Positions 30,510 through 40,326 of a stretch of DNA of 64,000 nucleotides are shown here, piece after piece; positions within the stretch are counted from its first letter, which is position 1; each line of letters opens with the position of its first letter. The notes beneath the pieces were generated by a model. It was not told the DNA's origin, searched no databases, and worked only from the letters and a program-made list of their open reading frames with translations. The position numbers and the translations under genes are program-made. This DNA comes from Longimicrobiales bacterium. GTDB lineage: Bacteria; Gemmatimonadota; Gemmatimonadetes; Longimicrobiales; Gaopeijiaceae. The stretch spans positions 480,001 to 544,000 of the forward strand of contig CBDDCX010000008.1 in the NCBI GenBank assembly GCA_965226375.1, given 5' to 3'.

Positions 30510-31880
30510 CTACGAGATCGGCCGTTGTACGCCGTCGGGTCCGTTGTCCCAGTCCTGGGCGCTGGAGTTGTTCGGCACTCCCCAGTCCTCACCGTTCCAC
30601 CCCTCGAAGCCGTCCATTCTCAAGAGCCAGAATCCCGTGACTCCGTCACTGATGCCGATCAACCCATCGGCGTTTCTAACGTCCACACCCCACGCTCCCT
30701 GGTAGACCCCCCAGGTGTAGCTGCTGTTGGCCGGTCCCGGCCGTGTGTTGTGAGGACCGGGATAGGTATCGTAGTAACCGACCGTGTAAGGATTGGTTGG
30801 GTCCATCATGTTGAACACGGAGAGTCCCGTCTCGTATCCCGCCACGAACACGTAGGGCCAGCGCATCTCATGGTTGTGCGCCAGAGTCTTCCAGTCCGCC
30901 TGCCACGCTCCGATCGACCGCCGAATGGTGGGCACGTCCCCGTCCAGCCCGGGCTTCAGGTCGAAGATCCGCAGGGGTTGATACTGAAACTCGGTCTCGC
31001 CCACCGCGTAGAGTCCGTCGGGCGTGGGAGTGACCGTGTGTCCCCAGTTGATCCCCGATACACCGGTTACCGTGGTAATGAGTTCGGGCTCTTCGGGCCG
31101 CGTGACGTCGAAGAGGTAGTACCCGCCACCGCCGCCGCCGTAGAAGACGTCACGCTGGGTCGCGGGATCGAACCCGACATAGAAGTCGTGATATCCCTCG
31201 GAGAGGGCGCCCGGAGTCGGGGGCACGGGAACCCCGCCCAGATACCCCTGGTCCTCTTCGCCGGCGACGAACCGACCCATATCGTACATCTTCGCCAAGC
31301 GCCGATGCGTGGCGAAGAGGATCACGCGGCCGTCGGAGTGCTTGTAGACGAAGATGTTGTGGAAGCCACCACCGCCTTCGGGACGGACACGCCCGACCTC
31401 GGTGATGGTTTCAGGCAGGTCGGTGACGTCGAGAACGATGCCGCCCACGTCCGAGTCAGGACCACCTTGCCGGAATGAGACCGATTGGATGAAGTAGTAG
31501 CGGTCGTCGATCTTGAACTGCTTGCTGTCCATCGCCCCGCCCTGGTGGAGCTCCTGATTCTCGATCCTCCAGCGATGGATGATTTCGGCGTTGTCGGGAT
31601 CCTCGATGCTGATCACGTCGAACCCTTTTTCCTCGGTCCTGCGGGACACGTAGACGTACGGTCGAGACAACTCCTGCTCCATCTCGATGTCGCTGACGGT
31701 CAGGTACGCCCCGAGGGGGATGTGCGAGAGCACGTGAACGTTGGTGCTGCCGCGCATTCCGGGGGGGCGCTGCGCAGTTTCTGAAACGGCTTGCGCGGCC
31801 ACGCCTGCAGCCGAGAGAAGCACGGTCACCACCACCGCAAAGACGCCGCTCGAGGCCGAAGCCCGCTTCAATTTCCTCAT
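30510..31880 (-). CDS. Secreted His-motif beta-propeller (LVIVD-like), paralogue 1
   Basis: Signal peptide, repeated blades, FHNIF / YHD / GHT / HNHE, Trp-rich tail; RBS GGAGGT. Confidence 0.8.
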   Translation of the reverse strand: MRKLKRASASSGVFAVVVTVLLSAAGVAAQAVSETAQRPPGMRGSTNVHVLSHIPLGAYLTVSDIEMEQELSRPYVYVSRRTEEKGFDVISIEDPDNAEIIHRWRIENQELHQGGAMDSKQFKIDDRYYFIQSVSFRQGGPDSDVGGIVLDVTDLPETITEVGRVRPEGGGGFHNIFVYKHSDGRVILFATHRRLAKMYDMGRFVAGEEDQGYLGGVPVPPTPGALSEGYHDFYVGFDPATQRDVFYGGGGGGYYLFDVTRPEEPELITTVTGVSGINWGHTVTPTPDGLYAVGETEFQYQPLRIFDLKPGLDGDVPTIRRSIGAWQADWKTLAHNHEMRWPYVFVAGYETGLSVFNMMDPTNPYTVGYYDTYPGPHNTRPGPANSSYTWGVYQGAWGVDVRNADGLIGISDGVTGFWLLRMDGFEGWNGEDWGVPNNSSAQDWDNGPDGVQRPIS

Positions 31881-32059
31881 CACTGGAATCACCTCCGTAG
31901 ACAGCACACACCAGGTACCCGCACAACATGCTACCGGCTGATTGACGCCCGCAAGTAATGCCCTGTCCACTCTGGGTTCTGGTGGAACCGTCAGCACGCA
32001 AGTATCATGGAATCCGGTCGAGACCCGCCTGATTCAGCAATCCGTTAGGAGGTAGTCTG

Positions 32060-33439
32060 ATGAGTTTGAGAGATATGTGCGCCCGATTCGGGACCACGAC
32101 GCTCTTGGTGGCGTTCATGGTTCTGTGCGCCACGCCGACTACGGCGCAGCACGCGCCAGGCGAGCAAGGTAGCAGCAACGTCCACGTGCTGTCCCACGTT
32201 CCCTTGGGTGGTGCCCGGCCCTTGGCGAATTCGGACGCTGCGGGGATCGACTCGTACGGACGGCGGACCGCGGACATCGAGATGGAAGAGGACATGGACC
32301 GCCCCTACGTCTACGTGTCCAGTCGCTTCGCACCGAGTGGGTTCTCCATTATCAGTGTTGAGGATCCCGAGAACGCCGAGGTGATCTACAAGTGGGTCGT
32401 GGACAACCCGATGCTCCATCAGGGTTCCGGGGCGCTGGACGGTAAGTACTTCAAGTCCGGCGGGCGTTATTACTACATCCAGTCCTTTCAGTTCAGGGCC
32501 GGCGGACCGGACTCGGACCTCGGTGCCATTATCTTCGACGTGACCGGCCTACCGGATCCGGCGCAGGTGAGGGAAGTGGGCCGTATGCAGGGCCCGGCGC
32601 AGCAGGGCGGATTCCACAACATTTTCGCGTACAAACATTCCGACGGACGCAACCTTCTCTTCGCCACGATCTCCGAGCCTGCGGCTCACGTATACGACCT
32701 CGATATGTTCCTGGCCGGTGACCCCGATTTCGGACTCATCGCCCGCGTACCCAATCCCGCGCCTGAGCAGACACGCGGCTACCACGACTACTACGTCGGG
32801 TATCACCCCGAGAGCGGTCAGGATCGCTTCTACGGTGCGGGGGGCGGTGGTTACTACGTTTTCGACATCACGGATCTGGACAACCCGGACTTCCTGACGT
32901 CGGTAACGAACGTGTCTGGCATCCGGAGCGGTCACACGCTCACCCCGACGCCCGACGGTCGCTACGCCATCGGTGAGACGGAGTACAGGACGGCTCCACT
33001 CCGGATCTTCGATCTGAAGCCGGGCCTCGACGGTGACGTCCCCACGATCACCCGACCGATCGGTGCCTGGACATCGAACTGGAAGAACTTCTCGCACAAC
33101 CATGAGGTTCGGTGGCCCTACGTGTTCGTCGCCGCTCTCGACGACGGGATGCAGGTCTTCAACATGATGGATCCGACCAACCCTTACACGGTCGGCTTCT
33201 ACGACACGTGGGACGGCCCTGACGGCACGCTCGCGAACCCGGCCACGACGTTCCAGGGTGCTTGGGGCGTCGACGTGCGCAACAACGACGGCTTGATCGT
33301 CGTGAGCAGCTTCATCACGGGCCTTTGGGTCATGAGAATGGACGGCTTCGAGGGTTGGAACGGAGAGGATTGGGGCATGCCCAATATCTCCAGCGTGCAG
33401 GACTGGGATAACGGTCCCGTACCGCGGCCCATTTCGTAG
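32060..33439 (+). CDS. Secreted His-motif beta-propeller (LVIVD-like), paralogue 2
   Basis: Same motifs; RBS AGGAGG; divergent from paralogue 1. Confidence 0.8.
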   Translation: MSLRDMCARFGTTTLLVAFMVLCATPTTAQHAPGEQGSSNVHVLSHVPLGGARPLANSDAAGIDSYGRRTADIEMEEDMDRPYVYVSSRFAPSGFSIISVEDPENAEVIYKWVVDNPMLHQGSGALDGKYFKSGGRYYYIQSFQFRAGGPDSDLGAIIFDVTGLPDPAQVREVGRMQGPAQQGGFHNIFAYKHSDGRNLLFATISEPAAHVYDLDMFLAGDPDFGLIARVPNPAPEQTRGYHDYYVGYHPESGQDRFYGAGGGGYYVFDITDLDNPDFLTSVTNVSGIRSGHTLTPTPDGRYAIGETEYRTAPLRIFDLKPGLDGDVPTITRPIGAWTSNWKNFSHNHEVRWPYVFVAALDDGMQVFNMMDPTNPYTVGFYDTWDGPDGTLANPATTFQGAWGVDVRNNDGLIVVSSFITGLWVMRMDGFEGWNGEDWGMPNISSVQDWDNGPVPRPIS

Positions 33440-33497
33440 GATCCCGGAGGTCGCGAGAGGGTGTAGGCGGAAGCTCTCTTCGTACGGAGGAGACCGT

Positions 33498-34892
33498 ATG
33501 TGGGGCAAGAGGACGTGGATGAGAGGGGCCGGTGTCATGCTGGCCGTGGTTCTTTCGGGCGTCTGGGCCGGTGGCGCACTGGCCCAGACGTCTGCCACGC
33601 ATCCTCGCCCGATGGGAATGCAGGGCAGCTCTAACATTCATGTCCTGGCCCACCTCCCCCTCGGACCGAAGTACTCCATCGCCGACATGGAGATCGATCA
33701 GGACATGTCGAGGCCCTTCGCATTCGTATCGCGGAGGGTCGAGGAGATCGGCTACGACGTCCTCAGCCTAGAGGATCCCGAGAACCCCGAGGTGATCTTC
33801 AAGTGGCGCATCGAGAACCCGGAGCTCCATACAGGCGGAGCGATGGATGCGAAGACGTTCAAGCACGAGGGGCGGCATTACTTCGTGCAGGCCACGAGCT
33901 TCGGATCGGGTCGGCCCGACGCGGACGTTGCCGCCATCGTCTTCGACGTGACCGGCCTCCCGGATCCCTCCCTCGTCCGTGAGGTGGGGCGGATCCGACC
34001 GGCCGACGGGAGCGGTGGCTTCCACAACATCTTCATGTACAAACACTCCGATGGGCGGCCGATTTTGCTGGCCACGCACGGCGGCGCTCAGATGTACGAT
34101 CTGGGGAGATTCCTCGCCGGTGAAGCCGACCAGGGTTACATAGGCACGATCGGAGTGCCGCCGGCGCCCGGCGATCTCTCGACGACCTACCACGATCTGT
34201 ACGCCGCGTTCGATCCGGTGACCCAGCAGGACAAGTTCTACGGGGCCGGCGGCGGGGGGTATTACGTATTCGACATCTCTCGTCCGGACAGTCCGGAGCT
34301 ACTGGTCACCATTACGGGCGTGGCGGGCTTCAATTGGGGGCACACGTTCACACCCACTCCGGATGGCCGGTATGCGATAGGTGAGGCCGAGTGGCAGTAT
34401 CAGCCGCTACGCTTCTTCGACTTGAAGCCGGGGCTCGATGCGGCGGCCCGCGGAGAGCTCATAAACATCAACAGACCCATCGGCGCTTGGACCCCGGACT
34501 GGGAGACGGTCCCGCACAACCAGGAGGTCCGATGGCCCTATGTGTTCGTTTCGGGCTATGAGACTGGACTCTCTGTGGTCAACATGATGGACCCGACCAA
34601 CCCGTACACCGTCGGATATTACGACACGTTCGACGGTCCTCACGCCAAGGGCACCTTGGGTGGCGGCGGCGGTGGAAACTACACGTGGCCCGTGTACGAC
34701 GGGGCGTTCGGGATCGATGTCCGCAACGCGGACGGGCTCATCGTGGTCAGCGACTTCACGACGGGCTTCTGGGCGTTCCGCATGGACGGGTTCGACGGTT
34801 GGAACGGAAACGACTGGGGAATGCCGAACAGTTCGAGTGCCCAGGATTGGGACAACGGTCCCGACGGAGTACAGAGGCCCATATCCGAATAG
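33498..34892 (+). CDS. Secreted His-motif beta-propeller (LVIVD-like), paralogue 3
   Basis: Same motifs, with HNQE. Confidence 0.8.
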   Translation: MWGKRTWMRGAGVMLAVVLSGVWAGGALAQTSATHPRPMGMQGSSNIHVLAHLPLGPKYSIADMEIDQDMSRPFAFVSRRVEEIGYDVLSLEDPENPEVIFKWRIENPELHTGGAMDAKTFKHEGRHYFVQATSFGSGRPDADVAAIVFDVTGLPDPSLVREVGRIRPADGSGGFHNIFMYKHSDGRPILLATHGGAQMYDLGRFLAGEADQGYIGTIGVPPAPGDLSTTYHDLYAAFDPVTQQDKFYGAGGGGYYVFDISRPDSPELLVTITGVAGFNWGHTFTPTPDGRYAIGEAEWQYQPLRFFDLKPGLDAAARGELININRPIGAWTPDWETVPHNQEVRWPYVFVSGYETGLSVVNMMDPTNPYTVGYYDTFDGPHAKGTLGGGGGGNYTWPVYDGAFGIDVRNADGLIVVSDFTTGFWAFRMDGFDGWNGNDWGMPNSSSAQDWDNGPDGVQRPISE

Positions 34893-34948
34893 TCCGCACC
34901 GCCCGGACGGACGCCAACAGACCCTGTAGCACAACCGGAGGTAGTACC

Positions 34949-36328
34949 ATGTCATCGAGACACATACCGATCATCCATCTGGGCATCGCGGTCAGCTTCG
35001 CGATTGCCCTGGGTATACCTCTCGGAGCCTCCGGCCAAGACCGGTCGACCTATCCGCGAATGCCGGGCATGGCCGGAAGCACCAACATGGAGGTCCTCTC
35101 GCACCTCACGTTGGGCACCGGGACCGTCTCCGACATCGAGGTCGAGCAGGACGCGGATCGGCCGTACGCCTATGTGACCCGCAGGATGGGTGGCTTCGAC
35201 GTGATCAGCCTGGAAGATCCCGAGAACGCCGAGGTCATCTACAGTTGGAGGATCGAGAACGTCGAGCTCCACCAGGGCGGGGGATCGGACACGAAGTACT
35301 TCAAGCACAATGGGCGGTACTACCTCGTGCAGGGTGTCAGCTTCCGGCAGGGTGGGCCCGACGCGGACGTGGCCGCCATCGTCTTCGACGTGACAGGACT
35401 TCCCGACGGATCACAGGTGCGCGAGGTGGGGCGTGTGCGGCCCGAGGGCGGTGGCGGCTTCCACAACATCTTCATGTACAAGCATACCGACGGTCGGCCC
35501 ATCCTCTTGGCGACCCATGCGGGCGCCAAGATGTTCGATATGGGACGGTTCGTTGAGGGTGAAGAGGACCAGGGCTATATCGGCACCATCGGTGTGCCGC
35601 CGGATCCGGGAAACCTGTCCACCGGTTACCACGACCTGTATGCCGCGTTCGATCCAAGCACGCAGCAAGACCGGTTCTATGGCGGCGGCGGCGGCGGATA
35701 CTACGTGTACGACATCTCCAGCCCGGAGAATCCCGAGCTCATCACCACGGTGACCGGCGTGTCAGGATTCAACTGGGGCCACACGTTCACGCCCACTCCA
35801 GACGGTCGTTACGCCGTGGGCGAGGCCGAGTGGCAGTACCAGCCGCTTCGTATCTTCGACCTGAAGCCGGGAACGGACGCTGCGGCTCGAGGTGAACTCC
35901 TGAACATCCGTCGGCCCATCGGCGCGTGGCATGCCGACTACAAGACCGTGGCTCACAACCACGAGGTCCGTTGGCCCTACGTGTTCGTGTCGGGCTACGT
36001 GACGGGCCTGTCGGTCTTCAACATGATGGACCCCACGAACCCCTACACGGTGGGATACTACGACACGTATCCGGGCCCGAACGACAAAGGCGGGGAGGAA
36101 TTGGGTCGGGGCGGTAACTTTACTTGGGACGTCTACGAAGGTGCCTGGGGCATCGACGTACGCAACGTCGACGGGCTCATTGTCATCAGCGACATGACCA
36201 CGGGATTTTGGACCTTCAAGATGGACGGATTCGACGGATGGAATGGGAACGATTGGGGAATGCCGAACAACTCGAGCGCGCAGGACTGGGACAACGGACC
36301 CGACGGGGTACAGAGGCCGATATCCTGA
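34949..36328 (+). CDS. Secreted His-motif beta-propeller (LVIVD-like), paralogue 4
   Basis: Same motifs; RBS GGAGG before ATG at 34949. Confidence 0.8.
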   Translation: MSSRHIPIIHLGIAVSFAIALGIPLGASGQDRSTYPRMPGMAGSTNMEVLSHLTLGTGTVSDIEVEQDADRPYAYVTRRMGGFDVISLEDPENAEVIYSWRIENVELHQGGGSDTKYFKHNGRYYLVQGVSFRQGGPDADVAAIVFDVTGLPDGSQVREVGRVRPEGGGGFHNIFMYKHTDGRPILLATHAGAKMFDMGRFVEGEEDQGYIGTIGVPPDPGNLSTGYHDLYAAFDPSTQQDRFYGGGGGGYYVYDISSPENPELITTVTGVSGFNWGHTFTPTPDGRYAVGEAEWQYQPLRIFDLKPGTDAAARGELLNIRRPIGAWHADYKTVAHNHEVRWPYVFVSGYVTGLSVFNMMDPTNPYTVGYYDTYPGPNDKGGEELGRGGNFTWDVYEGAWGIDVRNVDGLIVISDMTTGFWTFKMDGFDGWNGNDWGMPNNSSAQDWDNGPDGVQRPIS

Positions 36329-38595
36329 GCACGCTTAGACAGCCAAGGCCGATTGGCCACACAGGACGGACCAGCCACACGAAACGGATCAGCCACGCAA
36401 GGCGGATCGGCCACGCAGCTCTCGTGTCGACCTTGCTGGCTGTCGCGTGGCTGCAGCCGGCGGCGGCGCAGGAGGTTGGCAAAGAGGCATCGGGGACCGC
36501 TCCTCAACGAAACAGCGACCGGCTGGCGCCGGCCACCTACGTGGAGAACCGCCCGAGCATCGACGGCGTTCTGGACGAGCCCTTCTGGCAGACCATCGCT
36601 CCCATCAGCGACTTCAAACAGAGGCTTCCGAATGAGGGGGCCGAGCCCACGGAGCGGACCGAGGTACGCATCGCGTACGACGCGGACAATCTGTACTTCG
36701 GGATTACCGCCTTCGACTCGGAACCCGAGAAAATCAAACGCACGATCCTGAAGCGTGAAGGCTTCATTCCCCAGGACGATTTCATCTACATCGCACTCGA
36801 CTCGTACAACGATGACCGGAACGGATACCTGTTCGAGTTGAACTCCTTCGGTACTCAGGGCGACGCGCTGATCACCGACGAGGAACAGGTGTCGTGGAAC
36901 TGGGAGGGTGTCTTCGAGACTCAGGGGCAGGTCAACGATGAGGGGTGGGTGCTCGAGGTCGCGATCCCCTTCAAGACCATCCGCTTCGACCCCAGCGATC
37001 CACTTGAGATGGGTATCGCGTTCGCGCGGGGCATCGTTCGGAAGAACGAACGGGTTTATTGGCCGCTTATCGACTTAGACTACAGGCGCTTTTCCGGGCT
37101 CGCGCACGCGTCCCAGTACGCTACTCTGGTGGGTCTCCAGAACGTCCAACCGGGCCGAAATCTCGAGATCAAGCCGTACCTGCTCGCCGGTGCTCAGAAG
37201 GTCAACCTGGGTGTCGATGGTACAGAGAAGGATACCGACGGGGACTTCGGTCTGGACGTGAAGTACGGGGTCACGTCGAACCTCACGCTCGACATGACCT
37301 ACAACACGGACTTCGCCCAGGTCGAGGCGGACAACGTCCAGGTGAACCTCACCCGTTTCAGCCTTCGTTTTCCGGAGAAACGGGAATTCTTCCTCGAACG
37401 CGCGGGCCTCTTCACATTCGGCACCCAGGGTACGGAGACGTTCTTCAGTCGTCGAATCGGTATCGACAACGACATCCTGGCCGGGGGACGGCTCACCGGG
37501 CAGGCCGGTCCCATCTCGATCGGTGTGCTCGACATTCAGACGAGAGATGAGGTCGACCAGCCGGGTGCGAACTTCGCCGTCGCACGCCTCAGGGCCGATG
37601 TCCTCCCGGGTGTGACGGTCGGAACACTGTTTACCAACCGTGACGCCGGTGCGGACTACAACCGCGCCTTGGGCGGAGATGTCGCCGTTCGCTTCTGGAG
37701 CGGTAGTACGTTCACCGGTTGGCTGACGAACGTCTGGTCCTCAGAGGGAGATGGCTACTCGTCCGCCGGGGCCGCGGACCTGACGATCGATACCGACCTC
37801 TATTTATTCGAGCTGGGTTACCTGAACGTGGAGCACGATTTCGATCCGGGTATCGGGTTCGTTCGCCGTCGAGACATGGTTCGCTATAGCGGCAAGGCGG
37901 GCATTTCTCCCCGCATCGGTCGGGGAGACCGGTTCATTCGTCAGGTTTCACTGACCGCGGGCGGCCACTACATCGAGGGGCAGGACCAGGAGAAGCAGTC
38001 GACGGAGGCGAGGGCCGACTTCTCCTTCTCGCTCGAAAACACCGATCGGGGCGGCGGCGGCGTGAGACGTAACTTCGAGCGTCTCGAAGTCCCGTTCCAC
38101 ATTCGTGACGACGTGACCATCGCTCCGGGCGACTACACGTCTACGACCGGCAGCCTCAACTATCGGCCCAACTGGAGCCGGCCGTTGGCGGGGTCATTAG
38201 CGCTCAGCTACGGCGGATTCTTCGGCGGCACGCGGACAACGATCGGGGGTGGGCCGACCGTCAAGTTCTCCAAGCACTTGGAAGTCCGGCTGACTGTGAA
38301 TCACAACATCATCTCCCTGCCGGTGGAGAATGGTGATTTCACGACCACGATTCTGGGAGCCAACATCCTGACGGCGGTGAATCGGAAGATTTTCGCGGAG
38401 GCGTTGATCCAGTACGACAACAATTCGAACAAGCTGCAGGCGAACCTTCGAATCAACTGGATCCACACACCGGGGTCGGACCTGTTCGTGGTCTTCAACA
38501 CCGGATACTTCTTCAACGACGGGATCGACTTCCGGGAGTCCGCACTGGACCAACGGACCGGGTTGGTGAAGCTGACTTATCTGTGGGCCATTTAG
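36325..38595 (+). CDS. CBM9-like + DUF5916-like outer-membrane beta-barrel protein
   Basis: IDGVLDEPFW, TEVRIAYD, NTDFAQVEAD and FPEKREFFLE; C-terminal KLTYLW strand; start uncertain, possibly CTG at 36325. Confidence 0.8.
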   Translation: MSTLRQPRPIGHTGRTSHTKRISHARRIGHAALVSTLLAVAWLQPAAAQEVGKEASGTAPQRNSDRLAPATYVENRPSIDGVLDEPFWQTIAPISDFKQRLPNEGAEPTERTEVRIAYDADNLYFGITAFDSEPEKIKRTILKREGFIPQDDFIYIALDSYNDDRNGYLFELNSFGTQGDALITDEEQVSWNWEGVFETQGQVNDEGWVLEVAIPFKTIRFDPSDPLEMGIAFARGIVRKNERVYWPLIDLDYRRFSGLAHASQYATLVGLQNVQPGRNLEIKPYLLAGAQKVNLGVDGTEKDTDGDFGLDVKYGVTSNLTLDMTYNTDFAQVEADNVQVNLTRFSLRFPEKREFFLERAGLFTFGTQGTETFFSRRIGIDNDILAGGRLTGQAGPISIGVLDIQTRDEVDQPGANFAVARLRADVLPGVTVGTLFTNRDAGADYNRALGGDVAVRFWSGSTFTGWLTNVWSSEGDGYSSAGAADLTIDTDLYLFELGYLNVEHDFDPGIGFVRRRDMVRYSGKAGISPRIGRGDRFIRQVSLTAGGHYIEGQDQEKQSTEARADFSFSLENTDRGGGGVRRNFERLEVPFHIRDDVTIAPGDYTSTTGSLNYRPNWSRPLAGSLALSYGGFFGGTRTTIGGGPTVKFSKHLEVRLTVNHNIISLPVENGDFTTTILGANILTAVNRKIFAEALIQYDNNSNKLQANLRINWIHTPGSDLFVVFNTGYFFNDGIDFRESALDQRTGLVKLTYLWAI
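36349..36420 (+). repeat. 18-bp tandem repeat x4 in the signal-peptide n-region
   Basis: ccgattggccacacagga / cggaccagccacacgaaa / cggatcagccacgcaagg / cggatcggccacgcagct. Confidence 0.8.
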
Positions 38596-38783
38596 TGTCC
38601 TGAGTCAGAAGTCCGGCGGAGCGCAGCGTGGGTCTACAAGAGCAAGATCTGTCGGAAGAGTAGAATTCGTTGGACCGCGGCGTGTGCAAGATCCTCACCC
38701 TGGTGCGTCACCCCTTGTACAGAGAGCAGAACGCACTCGGTTCGGGCTCGATACCCACCGATTCTCCATACAAGGGTGACCCA

Positions 38784-40241
38784 ATGCGAAGACTACTCAC
38801 CGTGGCCGCGACCATAACGGCGGTGGCCGTGCCGTACGGCACCACGCCCGCTGCGACCGGCTCGACGCCGGCCGTTCAAGAATCCCCCATCCTCCGTTCC
38901 ACGTCCGCACAGCGTGACGCGGTTTCGATCACCGTATACAACCAGAACTTCGGACTCGTACGCGAGATCCGGACGCTCGATCTCTCGTCGGGTCGCATCG
39001 CATTGGAGTACGGCGATGTGGCGTCCGGTATCCAGCCGGAGACCGTCCACATCCGCCCCCTTGGCGGCGGTTCGCTGCAGGTGCTCGAGCAGAACTACCG
39101 GTTCGATCTGCTCAATCCTCAGAAGCTTCTCGAGAAGTACGTGGGCCGTACCGTGAACGTGTATCGGACCAATCCGCTGACCGGCGAGGACGAGGCGGTC
39201 GAGGCAGAAGTCCTTTCCGTGAACGGAGGGCCGATCCTGAGGATCGACGGGGAGATCACGTTCAACTACCCCGGCCGCTTCGGCTTTCCCTCGGTTCCAG
39301 ACAACCTGATCGCGGAGCCCACGCTGTTGTGGAGGCTCGACTCGACGGGTGGCCAACAGCAGGTCGAGGTCTCGTACCTGACCAGCAGCCTGAACTGGAA
39401 GTCCGACTACGTCATGGTGCTCAACGAGGACGACGACGGGGCCTCGCTCCTGGGCTGGGTGACGCTGACGAACCGTAGCGGGACGGCCTGCGAGAACGCT
39501 CAGCTCCAGCTGGTAGCGGGCGACATCAGGCGAGTACAGGGCAACATGAGGCCCGAGCTGCGATCGAGAATGATGGCAGACGCGGTCGCGGTGCAGGAAA
39601 GCCAGGGTTTCACCGAGAACGCCTTCTTCGAGTACCACCTGTATACGCTCGGTCGTCCCGCAGACCTGATGAACAACGAGCAGAAGCAGGTCACGCTCCT
39701 GGAGTCCGACGACTTCGGCGTGGAGAAGAAGCTTATCTTCCACGGTGCGACGCACTACTACCGGGGCCAATACGGACAGGTCACGACGAACCAAAAGGTC
39801 GGCGTCTTCCTGGACTTCGAGAACAGCGAGCGGAACGGCCTGGGCATGCCGCTCCCGAAGGGCGTCGTGCGGGTCTACAAGCGTGACCACACGGGCGCCC
39901 AGCAGTTCATCGGCGAGGACCTGATCGACCACACGCCGCGTGACGAGACACTGCGCATCAAGATGGGCGAGGCCTTCGACGTGGTCGGTGACCGTCGCCA
40001 GATGGACTACACGGTGATCTCGGGCTGCGTCTCGGAGAGCACGTGGCAGATCGACTTGAGGAACCACAAGGACCAGGACGTGGGCGTCATGCTCGTCGAG
40101 CCGGTGGGCGGCGACTGGCAGATCCTGTCGTCGTCGCACCCGTTCGAGAAGACCGATGCGTGGACGTTCACGCTGACACCCGAAGTCGAAGCGAACGGTG
40201 AGACGCGGGTGGAGTACCGCGTCCGGGTGCGGTGGTGCTGA
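38784..40241 (+). CDS. DUF4139-like secreted protein
   Basis: SITVYNQNFGLVRE, SYLTSSLNWKSDY, FEYHLY and GLGMPLPKGVVRVY. Confidence 0.8.
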   Translation: MRRLLTVAATITAVAVPYGTTPAATGSTPAVQESPILRSTSAQRDAVSITVYNQNFGLVREIRTLDLSSGRIALEYGDVASGIQPETVHIRPLGGGSLQVLEQNYRFDLLNPQKLLEKYVGRTVNVYRTNPLTGEDEAVEAEVLSVNGGPILRIDGEITFNYPGRFGFPSVPDNLIAEPTLLWRLDSTGGQQQVEVSYLTSSLNWKSDYVMVLNEDDDGASLLGWVTLTNRSGTACENAQLQLVAGDIRRVQGNMRPELRSRMMADAVAVQESQGFTENAFFEYHLYTLGRPADLMNNEQKQVTLLESDDFGVEKKLIFHGATHYYRGQYGQVTTNQKVGVFLDFENSERNGLGMPLPKGVVRVYKRDHTGAQQFIGEDLIDHTPRDETLRIKMGEAFDVVGDRRQMDYTVISGCVSESTWQIDLRNHKDQDVGVMLVEPVGGDWQILSSSHPFEKTDAWTFTLTPEVEANGETRVEYRVRVRWC

Positions 40242-40266
40242 GTCACCGTTGAGCCGGACGTACAAG

Positions 40267-40301
40267 CGAGAGGGGAGTCCACAACGTGGGCTCCCCTCTC
40301 G
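40267..40301. terminator. Hairpin between convergent genes, probable terminator
   Basis: cgagaggggagtcca-caacg-tgggctcccctctcg. Confidence 0.7.
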
Positions 40302-40326
40302 TATTGACCTCTTCTGACTCAGGACA

